DNA of 64,000 nucleotides from Tubulanus polymorphus (lineage: Eukaryota > Animalia > Nemertea): the NCBI RefSeq assembly GCF_964204645.1, contig NC_134027.1, forward strand, positions 26,684,560 to 26,748,559, in the 5' to 3' direction. Positions 40,001 through 55,000 of this stretch are shown here, one piece after another; the first letter of the stretch is position 1; each line of letters opens with the position of its first letter. The notes below the pieces were generated by a model. It had not been told where the DNA came from, did no database searches, and was given only the letters and a program-made list of their open reading frames with translations. A program made the position numbers and the translations under genes.

Positions 40001-43000
40001 TCTTTCAGTTGTTGTAAGAATGCCATATCGCCGAGGATACGCTTCGACGGACCCCAGTAATCCATGATCTTCCCGCCTGTGCCCGCCGGGTCATTGATCT
40101 TATCAGGTTTAACGTCTTTCATAACGCAAACGGCGGCCATTACGAGTTTCACTCCGGCCGGAGGACTCTTCATCGATTTAACGACGGTAATATCGGCGGG
40201 TTTTAACGTATTCAACGCCGATAACGCGGCTTCTAAAGCGGGAATCGCTTCCGCTAACTCCGCTTCGCATTCGTCTTTCAAAGCTTTAGCGGCAGACGCT
40301 TGTTCGTTCGCGACGGCTTCGTCCGCTTTCACTTTCTTACTCGTTTCTTCAACTTCTTTCGACTCTTTCTCGATGACGATCATCATTTTGTCGTTTTCTT
40401 TCGCCGTTTCGACGAGCTGCGGCTGAAGTTCCTCGAGTTCTTTCTGCATTTCGGCGACCTGCGACGACGCGAACGCAAGTTTATCTAAACCGACGATGTA
40501 TCGTCTGCGCGCTTTCATCGTTTCGTCTTGTTTCTTCGTAATCAACGATTTGAACGAATTGATCAATTCCAGATACGACGTCGGAGTTACGTAGTTATGG
40601 CGCCCGAGTTTATCGAGGAATTTCTCCGATAAAACTCTCGAACTTTGATGGAAATATTTACAAATGAAAACCGCGTTGTTTTTCATATCGTCTTCCATAT
40701 CGACTTCTTCTAAGAATTTATGGGCGACTCGTTCGAGGGCGTCTTCGGGCCAAGCTTGGAACCAGTCGATCGTGCAGCAGTTGATCAACGACGGGAATTG
40801 TCTCAATCGGTTTCTGAACGCGTCGCCGATCGGACTGAACGCGATGATCACGTGAAGATTCTCTTTACATCGATTGACGAAGAATGCGAATAAAGCGAGC
40901 GGACTGAAGTCGGCGTTTTTATCACCGGCTTGAGCTGCTGGTCGTACAGCCTACAATATAAATACACATCACTGCACATACAGGTATTGATACATTCAAA
41001 TCGCATGAACAGTAAACTTGACTTAAGTTGGGCCAGTTGTTCAAAAGTTGGTTAGAGTTAACCGATGGATAGTCGACATAGCGGCGATTAAACGTTCATT
41101 GTTACTATGGTATTCATCCGCCAGGGTTTGCAGTTGCTCAAGAGATGGTTAAAGATAACGGGCTGATGAATATCATAGTAACTATGAACTTTTGATTGTC
41201 ACTATGTCAACTATCCACTGGTTAACTCTAACCAACTTTTCAGCAACTGCAGCACCTGATCAACTCAAAGAAAACAATTCTATTCAGAATTAACTGTCTA
41301 AATCAGGGAAAACTGTTTAACTCATAGATAACCATTTAGCTCAGAGATGAAAAACTACACCATCCAACTTAGATATCTCAAGTCGGACAAATTTCTACAG
41401 TCTTAAAAGATCTTACTTGAGCAGAGTCTACTGTATTTCCATTACAAACTACTGTCATCACTTACCTCCATAATCTCTGCCTTTTCATCAGTTGCGAAAA
41501 GATTCGGAACTTCTCCCGTGTTCAGAAGATTATCGATATCTTCCAGGAATGATTCATCTTTTATTTGAGTATCAGTGATCAGGAATACCGTTGATTTACC
41601 CTGAGCTCCGGTCGATTTAAGCAATGCCTACAAAACGCCAAAAAAGAAAAGACAATGAAATGCTGATGTGCGAAAAAAAAATGCTTACAATTTTCCATGT
41701 TGAAATGAATCGAGAAACAAACCTTTAAATCTTCTCTCCATTCGTTCTTTCCGTAGTTTTTAGAGATTTCTGGTTGGAATAAAGCGTGTCCAGCCATTGA
41801 AGTAGCGAGACGCGTGAGAGACTGACGACCGCTGCCTCCAACTCCGACCAACAGAGCGTTACCTCCGGGTGAACGCAATACACGACAAATACGAGATAAA
41901 TGTTCCAGCACATATCTGTAAATGAATTACACAAATAATTTAAACCAGGAATTGAATATTATAGATACAAAAACAATAATTAAGGAACCCATCTTCAGCA
42001 GGGTTTTGATAGAAGGTATTCTGGTTTAGGAATGGGAATCGCGAATGACAAACTCTCTACCGGCCACTTCTATCAGGTTTACAGCTTACAGTACTATTCC
42101 TGAAGAGGTAGAGCATAATCTGGTCGAAACAAACTCACTAGAGGAGAATTCTGGATCAATTGAAAACCTGCTTCAGATCATACATGATTTCGATCAGATC
42201 AACACTTGTAATATTTGGGTAAAATTTAATTTGCCAAGCACAAACAATCTAATCAAAATCCAAGATGGCTGCTTCAATGTTGTAACTAACCTGAATATGA
42301 CTAAATTCATTCTAGTCTTGTGTGTATTATTGTATTCCTCGAGGCATTGTTCGACTACTGTATATAAATCCTTCAGATTGAGAACTTCCTCGTAAACACG
42401 CTCTTCAGGTTCTAAATCCGGATTCATATAATCACCGAACATTAAACTACGTAAATCTTCCTCTTTCACTTTAGCGCCGCCTTCACCGCCGTTACTCAAA
42501 TGATCGAACAGATTGTCGAACGTTTCTTTGAAATATTCTTTACAGCATTCCTTAATAAGCCTGAAATATTGACAGGAAAAAAATATGTGAAGCAACTACA
42601 GATAGACTCAATCGACATTGTTCCCACAGTTTTACATAAATTCAATATTTCCAAGTCTTTCCGATTTCACAAGTATTTCATGAGTGATTCTTCAATTTTC
42701 CTAATTGGAAATGAAGAGATTCTATCACACTACAGGGACATCATCATTTTAATAGTGCTGACTAGTTGGATTAGGTGATTTTCAGGAAAAATTACTGAAG
42801 GAAGTTGTCCTTAGGGAACCAATTGACATCCTGGAACTATGCTACGTGAAGTGGAAAATGAATTTCCCAGATATTTCCAGGATTAGAAGAAAGTCGATCA
42901 AACTTGCAGACACTTCAAAACCAGGAAATATCATTTTGAAGTTTTCCCCGATATTGTGGGAAACTTCATGTTTTTAATACTTACTCATAAAGCCATGTTT

Positions 43001-46000
43001 GATCAGCGTCATCAATCAGTCGATCGTAGAACACTCTCATCACCTCGTGTACCCATAATCTCGTCAACACTTTCTTACTTTCGACTTGAGTTTTTCTGAT
43101 CAGACAACACCCGAGAATGACGCGCGAGAAATCTCTCAAATTAAACACGTAATGAGATTTCGCCGGAGTTGGTAATAAATTAGCCATCGATTCTTTATAA
43201 ACGTGAAGAGTCGCCTGAACGATGTTGTTACCAGCCGTGAAGAAATCAGGTGCAAACTCCTCATTCTGAAAAAATAAATCATTTTTTTATTTGTGAAATT
43301 GATGAAATATTAATACGATAATCATTGATGAAATGCTGTGCGTTGTAACGATGATATAAAATCCAACACTAAGGATGAAATTTGAGTATGAAATGTTTCC
43401 TTAAGCTAGTAGTTGAATACGTATATTCTTAGAGTCATCTTCAGGAATACAATGTTGTGACAAAATTATGAGGTATACCCCAGAACGAAGATATATATCT
43501 TATTTCTTTATTAGTTTCTTAATTATAGACTAAATATATATCTCAATATTTCGTCACAACATAAGTATTCTTAAAGATTACTATTAGGATAAAGTTGAAA
43601 CGTTGAATGAACTATTAGCTAAAGAAACATTTCCGGACTCAATTTTTCATTCTTATTGTGGGAGCAAATATCGAGATGAATCCAGGATTGATGAATAAAA
43701 CTTACTCTGAGGTAGGTACTCAGCAATATCGAGAATATCCGAGTCATTGTCTCATCATTAAACGGAGTAATACCGATGATATTGAAATGTCTCAAGAATC
43801 GAGGAGTCACGTGATTACGACCTCCGCCGGGCGGTCCCATCGCCGTTAGTAACTGTATATCTTGTAACGTGATCTTCACGGTATCTTTCAAATCGTACCA
43901 GTTTCCGTGATCGAAGTATTGTCTCAGTAATTCGATAGGTGGCTGAGCGCCGTAGATCTCTTTCATTGGCATGTTCAAATCATCGACGAATATAATCGCT
44001 TTCTTGCCCATCTGAGGTCCGAATACACCTTTTCGTCTTTTATCTAATTTCGACATGATTATGAACTACAAGTAGAAGAAAGGATTATCAAACTTAAGGA
44101 GTATTGAGCAGTCGGCCTCCTACACTGAATAACCCAGAGCTCAACCCTTACTGGTTGTAACTTTGAGGAGTTAAATCTCAAGACTTTGTCAATCTCTTCG
44201 ACTGAGTCAGGATACAAGTCATCTTGTCAAAGGCTTTTGTCATAACTGTTCTGGTAACAGAGCCTTTAATCATTTGCTGCTCCAACACTAGATAGATTAT
44301 TATCAAATTATCACTATCAATATCACTGACATACCTGTGTCTGATTGGCTGTGGTTTGAGCGGAGAAATTCACAAACGCTGGTAGATATTTATCTTTCGA
44401 TAAACCATTCATCAGTTTCTCCTGGACGTAGACACTTTTACCGGTACCGGTCGGACCAACAAACATCAGAGGTCTAAAATTCATAAAACATTCACATTAT
44501 TTACGGTATACATGATCATTCTAACCAACTGAGTGGCTGACTGAGTGACTGATTGACTGACTGACTGACTGACTGACTGACTGATTGACTGATTGACTGT
44601 TTGACTGATTGACTGTTTGACTGACTGACTGACTGACTGACTGATTGACTGACTGACTGACTGACTGATTGACTGTTTGACTGACTGACTGACTGACTGA
44701 CTGACTGACTGACTGACTGACTGACTGACTGACTGACTGACTGACTGACTGACTGACTGACTGACTGACTGACTGACTGATTGACTGACTGATTGACTGT
44801 TTGACTGTTTGACTGATTGACTGACTTACCTTCCATGTTCAATACACACTTCCATAAGATATGTGTATCTAACTGTATCCATAGTCGGAACGAGTATATC
44901 TCGTATCTTTTTCCCGGGGAAACGATCGGCACCTCTCGTAAAATCAGTCCACGCTTTCCAATTACCTCGAGCTTTTTGCTGCAAAACAAAACAAGTCCCT
45001 TTACAGAAATAACGTCTTCAAACATTTGCGACTTTTATTCAACGCGATATCTATAGACATACCTCGAACATGTAGTCGTAAATGAGTCCTTCGTTCGGGA
45101 ATGCTACGTCGATTTTACCGACCGCTTTCGGAATCGGATTCGAGTCAGATTTACCGGAGAGCAACTCTCTGAAGAATACGTCAAATTTATCCCGACCGTC
45201 GGGATCGGCAAGAGCTCCGATAGACCACGGTACCGAGAACATGAACGCACACTGTAAATATATTCAAATACAAATAATCAGAACCTGGTTCGACATTTAT
45301 GAGTTAATTCTCAGTGTTCACCACAACAGGTTTTAGAGTGGCTGCCACCCCTTTCATTTTTACATCTACCCTCTAAAACTCAGCCACACCTTATAAAGTA
45401 TCTGCTCCCTCTATCAGAGTGGATCCCAATATTATATCAATGCTGATAATTCCTTTGAAAAATATCGAGTTAATGTGAAAAATAGAAGATTCCAACAGAA
45501 TTAAGCTTTATTTTTACCGAGTACTATAGAACTGGTTCCGAGATTGTTGGGTGAATTAAACTTCAACACTCAAACTGATCGAACTTGTGAAACTTACAAT
45601 GAGCCAAGTTCGTAGATGTTTATTGTCGAGAGCATCTTCTTTACTGCAGGCGTCAGACATCAACATCTCGACGAGGTTCATTAGAGAACAAACCAAATTA
45701 GTCTCGCTGTACGGAACATATTCCTGAAATCAGATCATCAAACGGTCAATAAATACTGATGTCAAAGGTATCATTCTATTTCAGATACGGTTTTTAGAAA
45801 ATCACCTTGCAATTCTTTCTGATAAACTGTAATGACGGATCTACAATCCATTCGAACAGAGCTGGAATCAATTCTTCATTGTCTTTCAACATCACGTCTG
45901 ATATTCTGGCCATCCATGATTTCAGTATCGGTCTCCAGCCGAGACTCGTAGGTTCCAAATAGATCATACCACATCGACTGACTGTAGCTGGCTGAAATAC

Positions 46001-49000
46001 ACAGCAAGAGATATTGACTTTCTCTTACAGATTTATACATTCAATTCATCCTTGATCTAATCAAATAAGGTAGAATGATACAAAGAACATTCAAAGAAGT
46101 ATAAATAACCTTAGGTTAGGAATCTTGAGGAACCTATCTTTTAAGGAAATGCAATAATGAAAAAAATTCAATTCATAATGAAAAAAAATTCAAGAAAAAA
46201 CATAAATATAGAATTTTTGATTTACGAAAACTGTCTATAAATTCTATGTTTAACACAGGTACTCAATAATATGATCAATGTTATAGCCATTCATATCATA
46301 TCTTTTTGTAAAGGAAATTTCAAATACGTTTTCATCACTAGAAATAAGTGAGGAAATATCTACTGAATTCATGTCTAAACTTACCGAAGCTTGAGCCAAA
46401 TCCATCGTTTCAAAAATCAAACTCATTACGTTCGACATTTGAATAATTTCACCGCTCATTAAACACAGTTTCTTGTTGTCGTCCAATACAGTATTCATAC
46501 TCTCAATCCATAGTGTATCAATAGGTCCATCAAATATCACCCATTTTCTGTCGAGACTATCATTGGATGCGAATTCACGGAATGTATTTGCGACTACACC
46601 ATCAGTCCACTATCAATAAATAAACACGTATACAGTGAGTATTGGTAGATTCAAATAACATTTGAAAATCTAGACCAGTTCTAATAATTTCTTGAGAACT
46701 ATAGAACTGAACCCAGTTCCACAGTTGTGAGTTCACACTTGACTCAGAGTTAACTAATTGAAAATGAACTAACTCTGAGTTAAAACTACACATGTAGTTC
46801 ATTTTCAATAAGTTAACTCAAAGGTCAACTGAACTGTAGAAATGGGTCCTGGATCATGAGTTATGGTATAAGAAAGATTATTTTACCTCATGTGAGACTG
46901 GATCAAACTGACCAAACAGTTGACCCATCGTAATAGCCTTCGGATTGACTGTACGATACATGACCTTCTCGAATGTCTCCCCGTGACCTTGTTCGTTTAA
47001 TAACGTCATCGCTTCAGCTAATGTATGAATGACTGTCGTTTTACTGCCAAACGGTTCCCCGACCATCATAAAACTGAAATCAATGAATCAGTAGTGTTAA
47101 CAATCATAAATTGACAAATGTTTTCAAACTTTCTAGACTGAGACAGGATGGTAGCTTTTCTCTGACCATTCCCTAACTTAATCTGCTAAGAATCCAATCA
47201 TTTTCAACACAGTCAAGTATGTAAGACATAGATGGAAACTGTTTGATTTTATGCACAATCTAGCAATCTCAGGTAAGTGGCTGCACCCTGTTATTGTTTG
47301 TCTAACTTTTTAGACTAAGAAAGGGCGGTACATGTAGTAACATGTTAATACATTTTGATAAACTTTTCAGTCAATTTATAATAGTGGGAGTTTTACGTTT
47401 CATCATTACTACAACATCACTGATAAAGTCATGTTTACTTTCTCATATCGGTATTTAAGAAATATTGGTTTATTTATCGAATGTGTAAAAAAACCTACCC
47501 GTGTCTGACGATCATCATTTCATAAGTCTGAATAACTTTCTCGATGAAGAATTGTACAGGTTGTACTTTATTCCTCTCGCAGACTTCGTGAACGGCCTTC
47601 AGGAATATCTCGTAGTCGGCTTCGGGCAGTTTGATTCCCGGGAATAAATCGGAAATGATACCTTGGAACAGCGGGATGTCGTGCGACAGAAACTTGGGTA
47701 AATTTACATCCAAGATCGAACGCAATAGCTGAAATAATCAATATATAATATCATTACAAACATGTCTTGTATGAATTTTGATGAAAAACGGTTGAAATTA
47801 GCATCACCAAACCAGACTAACGACTGATATTTCTGATTTTAGTAGTTTTACCAGAGTAATTGGCATCACCAAACCAGACTACCGACTGATATTTCTGATT
47901 TTTTGTAGTTTTACCAGAGTAATTTGAGATCAAAAAGTTTCAAGTAGTTTCATTGAAAATGAACTAGAAATTATTCTGATTTTAATATTTTTTGGAGAAA
48001 TTGAGCTCTTGAAAAGAGTAGAAAGAAACTACTCTGAAATAGTAGTCATAGTCAGGTCTGGTCAACACTTGGCACATACCAGGATATTCTCATCATCGTC
48101 GGGGAATTTTAGTTTCAGATTTCCGGCGGCAGAAAGAACGGCTTTCACCGCTCTCATACCGTAATCGTAGTGAAACTGCGACGACAACTGTTCCGAACAC
48201 AATCTGTACGTCGTGACGATTTTAACCGCTAAATTCCTCGCGTCCATGAATCCGAACGAGTAGAGCGAGATCTCGCCGATCATCGCGTAGTCGGGGACCA
48301 TCATCGCGACCGTACGGAACAGAACTTTAAGATTATCGGGTAACTCGGAGCGACCGGCGTAACCGGGGTTCATCGTGATACAAACGTAACAGTTGGCGTT
48401 TAATCGTAATTCGGTGCCTTCGAATTCGAACGTTTCGGCTTTGGTTTGAACGGCTCGGATTATGCAGAGAATCTGCTGAGCTACGACTGATAACACTTCC
48501 AGTTCAATACGATTGAATTCATCGAAACAAGCCCACGCACCTGCAGCAGCTAGACCTTTGAAAAACTAACAAATAAAACAACAAGATAAATATTATATTT
48601 GACAAACAAGGAAACATGTTCATTAATTGGAAATTTTGGAATCAAATGACTTGACAGGGCGACCACTTTCCGCCAATTTACATGTTTCAACGCCAAATTC
48701 CCGGAGTGGATCTGAGGAATTTCTTGGTTTAAAATTTTACCATTCATTCATCTTTAATGAATCACATATTGATAAAGAAACGTGTGGTCAATAACATATC
48801 AGAGTTTTCTAGGGTTTTTGAAAAATTTGTCAATGCCCCAAGTTTTCCCTGATTTTTTCTAGATTTTTCTAATTCCCTGGATTACAAGGTTTTCCAGGTC
48901 AGTGGCCACCCTGCTTGATTTACCACGAGGTGGTGTGACCCCAGCAGTTCAAACCTCTCCACTGTGAACACCTCTGCACAGCAAGCATTTTGCCCAGAAC

Positions 49001-52000
49001 AAAAGGCGTTCACTGCAAAGAGCTTTTGCCGTATTCAACCAACTAGGAAAGTTTGCTTGAAACCACAATTTGAAACTTACCTTGCCCATAGCGATATAAT
49101 CCAGACCATCGGAACAATTAAACACAACGCACTGAACGGCTAACGCTTTCGCTAAATCTTTAGTCGTTTCAGTTTTACCGGTTCCAGCCGGACCCTCGGG
49201 GGCGCCGTTCAAATTCAAATGGAACGCACCAATCAGAGTACGGTAACACCTATCGGTCAACGGTGTTATCACAAGACTGAAAATAAATAATCATAATTAA
49301 ATCAAGATGAGGTCTTATGATTAGGACTCGGCTTTGCTAGTATCTTGCGGGTACTAGATCTTTTGTTAGGATAATAAAATTGAAATGAAACTATCTTGAC
49401 AAGATACAAGAAATTTCTGAAGATGTTTTGATTTCACCAATTTTTCACCACGATTTAGGAAATGTTTGATTAACCCTTTCAGTGCGTCTACACCGCAGTG
49501 CAGTGTATGAATCGGTGATGGATGTTGCTAGTACACCGCACTGCGGTGTATTGTTGTAATCAGTAATTACTAATTATCTCTCTTGAAAGATGGCAGCACC
49601 TGTCAAACATAGTGAAATACTAGTAACTAACGATACACCGCGCCGAGGTGTAGACGCACTATAGTGGTATTCCCGTTATTCAACACACTAGGGTGGAATT
49701 TTTCAAAATTTTCAAATTATCTCCAGCACTATAGGGTATTGATTAGTCAGCACTGAAAGGGTTAAACAGGAACGTATAATAAACTAGACGTCTGTGATTC
49801 AATTCATTTCCATGTTTTCTTGTTAAGAAACTTCAATGAATGATAAACTGAGATAGCACCAAACTTAGACACGGTGGAATACTGATCTCGTATCCTGGGA
49901 AGAGACTACTCTCGAGCCTCGATAATGATATGATATTACGTGTGACATGTTTGTAATACTTACCGCGTTGTATTACCGAGATATTCATACGCGTATTTCA
50001 CGCGAGCGTTAGTTAAACGTACGCGACACTGATCATCCTCTTCCCAGTAATATCTCATCTGAGCGAGCCATTGAAAATCATTCTCATCGGAAACACCTTT
50101 AAAAATACAATAATATTCAAACACGATGAATAACACACGTAGTGATAGAATAGTGAACAAACATGCTTCAACATTCCATGCTCTAAAATAAATAGTGAAG
50201 ATCATTAATCATATGTGAAATATATAACAAAGTTAGATTTAAAACGTTGAAAATACACAATCTAATAGAAAACTCGTGACCAGAGCTTTCAATCCATGGT
50301 ACTTTATCAATGTACTACTATAATCATGTACTTTCTATAAAAATTGTTTTTCAACTTTTAAAATCTAAGTTCATTTAGATTATAAACACAGATGAACATA
50401 TTTCAGTGAAATATCCAGTAAGAACTTACAGAAATCCGCTGTTTTTTTTATAGATATATAGAATATTAACTGTAGTATTAATCAATGGTATTTGATGGTA
50501 TTTGATGAAGCTGATTTGTGTATATAATGAACAAACCTTTCTGTGCCATATCAAGTACAACATCTCTAGCGTGTACATCTATAACGACTAACGCTCCTAA
50601 TGTTATACGTTGTTGTTTGGTCAGTTTGCCTCGCACCAGTTTGACGATATCGCTTAGTTGAGCTTGTAGTTTCTCGTAATATTCGAACAGACCTTGTGAG
50701 CCATATTTCAAAGCCTCGTGAACTTCTAAAGTCCAGTATATTTGCGATACGCACAATACAACTTGACCGGGCCAATCTTTAACCCATTCTTCGCGAGCTT
50801 CTTTCGCGTAAGCCTTTATTAAAGTGAAGAAATAACATTTCATAAAATCTCATTTCATAAGAATGTATGTAAAACCAGTGCCACAATATTAAAGATAAGC
50901 AGCAAATATTCATTCTTTAAATCGGACATTTCAGGTAGAATTCTTCTACTCATCTTGATGATGATTGTGGCTCTGTTTACATAGTAGTAGCTTCATCGGG
51001 TAAATGAGTAAAGTCAATGGAGAAACAATAGTATTGTGACACTCATTTACCTGATGAAGGTTTTATCCACTAGTAACAAAATCTTGTGAATTCTTATAAA
51101 ATCAAGTTAACCTACATTGTACTACTTGTATTTACGTGTAACACTAAAGTCTATTCAATATTTACCTCTCTAGAAACTGCAATCACGTCTCTTACAGACA
51201 TCAACATCACATCCTGCACCTGTAACAACCATTTCTCTACAGCGCCTCGAGCTTCTGATGTACTGATTACTGAACTCAGTTTCACTTTCTCTCCCTCACT
51301 ACTGAACATCGCATGAATATCCAACTTGCTGTCGAATTCAAGTTTAGCGATTCCTTCGAAACATTTCTTCAAGTGAGGCTGCACGCGCATCGGATCTTTA
51401 GTTTCCGACAATATCTCCAACATTTCATCATTTGACAAGAAGAAAAATCTGTCGCAAATGAAAGAAAATTATAATCATTTAGATGGAATTCTATGGGAAA
51501 TACCACGAGGATAGATTAACATTTTGAAACTACACAGTTATGGGACCAGTTGCTCATAAGTTTATTAAAAATAACCAGCAGATGAATACCGTAGTAACAA
51601 TGAACCTTTAATTGTCACTATGTCGACTATCCACTGGTTAACTCTAAACAACTTTTGAGCAACTGCAGTCCCTGACACGGTAGTTACTGTTTAGTTTATG
51701 GGAAGATATGTACAGTAAACCACACCTAACTCAGACAAACTGGGACTGGCAAACTTAACCCAAGGTACTGAATGCAGAAATAAGATTGATTCTCTTACAG
51801 TATTCGAAGGACAGCTCATGACATTTCTGTTCGAATCATGTAACGATTCAAAAATGACAGTGAAATTACGCGCAATCCCCGGGATGGGACCCGGGTCTCA
51901 TACGTAGAAAACAAGCATGCTAACCAGTAGACAGATTTAACTAGTCCACTTGACCAGAGGTGTTAGAATGATTTAGGTTTTGGTAGAGTTTGTCACGAGT

Positions 52001-55000
52001 CTGAGTTAGGCATAGTTTACTGAAATGTAACAGATTCTAGAACTTACCGCGGGAAGAAAATACGTTTCTTTTCGAGATATGCGTTCAATCCTTTATTGAT
52101 ACGATCTAATAAACCGTTACTATCGAGTAATTTCTCCAACAATCCGGCGAGATTCGTAGCGACGAGAACTTTCGGATCTTTAACGACGTGTTTCATGATA
52201 TCTTTCCAGTTACGATCGACCGTCATAAACAAACGACCTTCTTCGGGCATCTGTTGCATGATGTCTTCACTGGAGAATATCGGTTCCAAGTATAACCATT
52301 GAGCCTGTACCTTCAACCATTCATCGATCGTTTCTTGAATACGCATCAATCTCTCTTCCCATTCCTGAAATATTCATCACATTAATTCATCATGTATTCA
52401 TCATATCAATGTTAGGTACAATACACAGATTCAGAATTATGAATAGATGCGTTTTTAAAGACTAAGTGGATTATAAGTTACCCTAAGAGAAAAACCCACA
52501 ATCAAAATAAAACCTATGCAAGTTATCTAATCTGTTTTTGGAAGAGCGACAATTATATATATCATTATTGTCCATCTTCCAAAATCAAATGACCAAAAAA
52601 TATTGAAGATTGATAATGAATGATGTTAGTTAAACTGATCTTTCTGGTAGAATTCTTCTACCAATCTTCAGAGATCGGATTACTTGAAATCAATTGGAAA
52701 TAAAACATTCATTTCAAATAAACCTCTGAAGTTGGGCAGACGCATTTTACTTCAATATATTGTGACTGTTTTATGAATACACTAGACCCTGCTACTAGTC
52801 TGAACAGATTTCAATAGACATTAGAAAGCAGTGAGACACGTACCTTAATCTCTTTATTGAATGGTTTAATGAAAGGTGAACCTCTCATTGTTTGCGTTCT
52901 AACGATCTGATCGTCGAGTGTAGTTTGAATCTCGTCGACCGATGCTAGAATAGCGACTCCAGTATCTCTGTACTGCGACGTATTAAACGCTATCAGTTCC
53001 CAATCTTCCATCATTTTATGCATCGCTTTCTCGAGCGAGTGTTCCTTAGTCGCGGCGCCGCTGATCGACTCAAACTGATCCATGAACGGTTCCAGGCTGA
53101 GTTTGAGAACTTTACGAAGCGTCGTGCCGTGATCGGGCGTCAAATCGAACCCGGCTATTTCAGACATTTGACTCCAATGACGAGTACGGATTCCAGGGTT
53201 ACACAGAGTAGATATGTAGGGAATATATTCCTGAAATACCAACATCAGAGTTAGAACAATAATATTAGGAAAAGGAAAGCAAAGTTTACCTTCTTTTTTA
53301 TAACATGCTAGTGAACAGCAGTCCAATAGTTGTGATACTTTGTAACAAGTTCAAGTATAGGTATTGCACACTACATGAAAATCTTATGACCTAAACAATG
53401 ATTCAGGGCAGCCTTAAAAAGAAGAATTAGTTTTTTTTAGCCTCACTGCTTGTGTCATCTGTGAAAGATGCTTGCTTGCGGGTGTATGTCAAGAAAGCCT
53501 AGGCTCCTGTCATTATTCATGCCAACATTATATTCTGACTGCAACCATGTGTAAAGCTCCTGCCAGTTGAGGAGGTTCCTGGACATTGATACAAAAGAGC
53601 TTGTGGCTTAATGATTTTTTTTAGTTTGGAGAATTATCCTAATTTACCTTAAACTCGCTGATGTGATCCTGTACACTGTTACATACAGTCAGAGCTGCCG
53701 GAGGATGAAACTCTTCATCTTCATCATCATCCTTCTTATCGCTGACACTCGCCGTTTCATCGTCGTCGCGTCTCTTCTTCTTCTTCTTTTCGCGATCTCG
53801 TTCTTCTTTTTCCGCCATCAGTTTCTTCACTTTATTGTTAAATATTTTCTGTATTTTGTAGATTTCGCGCCAGTATTCGTCGACTTCACCTTCGATTAAT
53901 TCGGCGTTCAGTTCTAAAAACGCTCCATCGGTCCACCTGAACAATGAATACAACAGAACATATTTACACATTTCATTACAAAAAACAGATAGTTAGTTTC
54001 CATAGACAAGTGACTTTCCTGTGTCGTCTCTAATTCAATTGAAGAAAAAACCCACGATACAAAGTCAATATTTCTACATTTCGACCCAATTCTCAAAAAC
54101 GAAAATTTTTGAAAATGACTCATAGCATTTTGAATCGAAATCCTCTATAAGTTTTACTTAGTATTGTAGTTTTTTGTCTTTAATTACAAAATCTGTTAAC
54201 ATTTTTCATTGTTTTTACACTAAAACGTACTTTTTCTCCGCTCTCTGCCATTTCAAAACTACTTGAAACAATCTCTGGAACGGTTCAACTGCTGATGTGA
54301 TTTCGTCGACTTCGATGAATTGACTGACCGGATATTTGTAGAGAAGTTCTTCCTGTAGATGGAATAGATGGAACAATCTTATTACTCACACTTTTTAAAC
54401 TGATGATTATTGAAAGCGACCTGCATCGACTAAATGAAAATTTACTTATTGTCACTGTAGAGAAAATTTATCCAAAGAACTATAGAACTGGATCTAGAAC
54501 TGCGAAAGTGGGTGTAAAACTGATTAGAACTGAAGAACTTGGTCTAGAAGTGAAAAACTGGGTCTAGAACTGTGGAAATTGGTCTAAAACTGCATCACTG
54601 GGGCTAAAACTGCAGCACTGGGTCTAAAACTGTAGCTCTGGATCTAGAACTGCACAACTAGGATCAGACAATGATTCAGTTGCTGACCTTGTTAATCCAT
54701 GTGATATTCTCTTGGGCGTCTGCTAGACGTTTCTGTACGGCTCTGACATCCTGTACGTACTGTTGCATCATGTCTAATTCACCGTAATCATTAAACTCGT
54801 CTGCTCTCTGCTTCAATTTCTGTAATTCTAACATAATCTTCTCTTTCTTCTCGAGTAGAGCTCGTTCACCTTGAAGTTTAGAACTTTCAACGAGCTGCAA
54901 AAAACATTGAAACGAATACAGTCAGTTCTATTCCAATATTGCTCCATGAAATATCATTACATATATAAGAAAGGTGAAGGGAATTCAAGGGCTCCACATC

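Noticed and set aside
40064-40855. Plus-strand ORFs overlapping the long dynein exon
   Set aside because: Antisense shadows of a stop-poor coding exon, with no recognisable protein features.
44516-45025. 169-aa ORF ending in QSVS repeats
   Set aside because: An off-frame read of a dynein exon continuing into the (GACT)n microsatellite.
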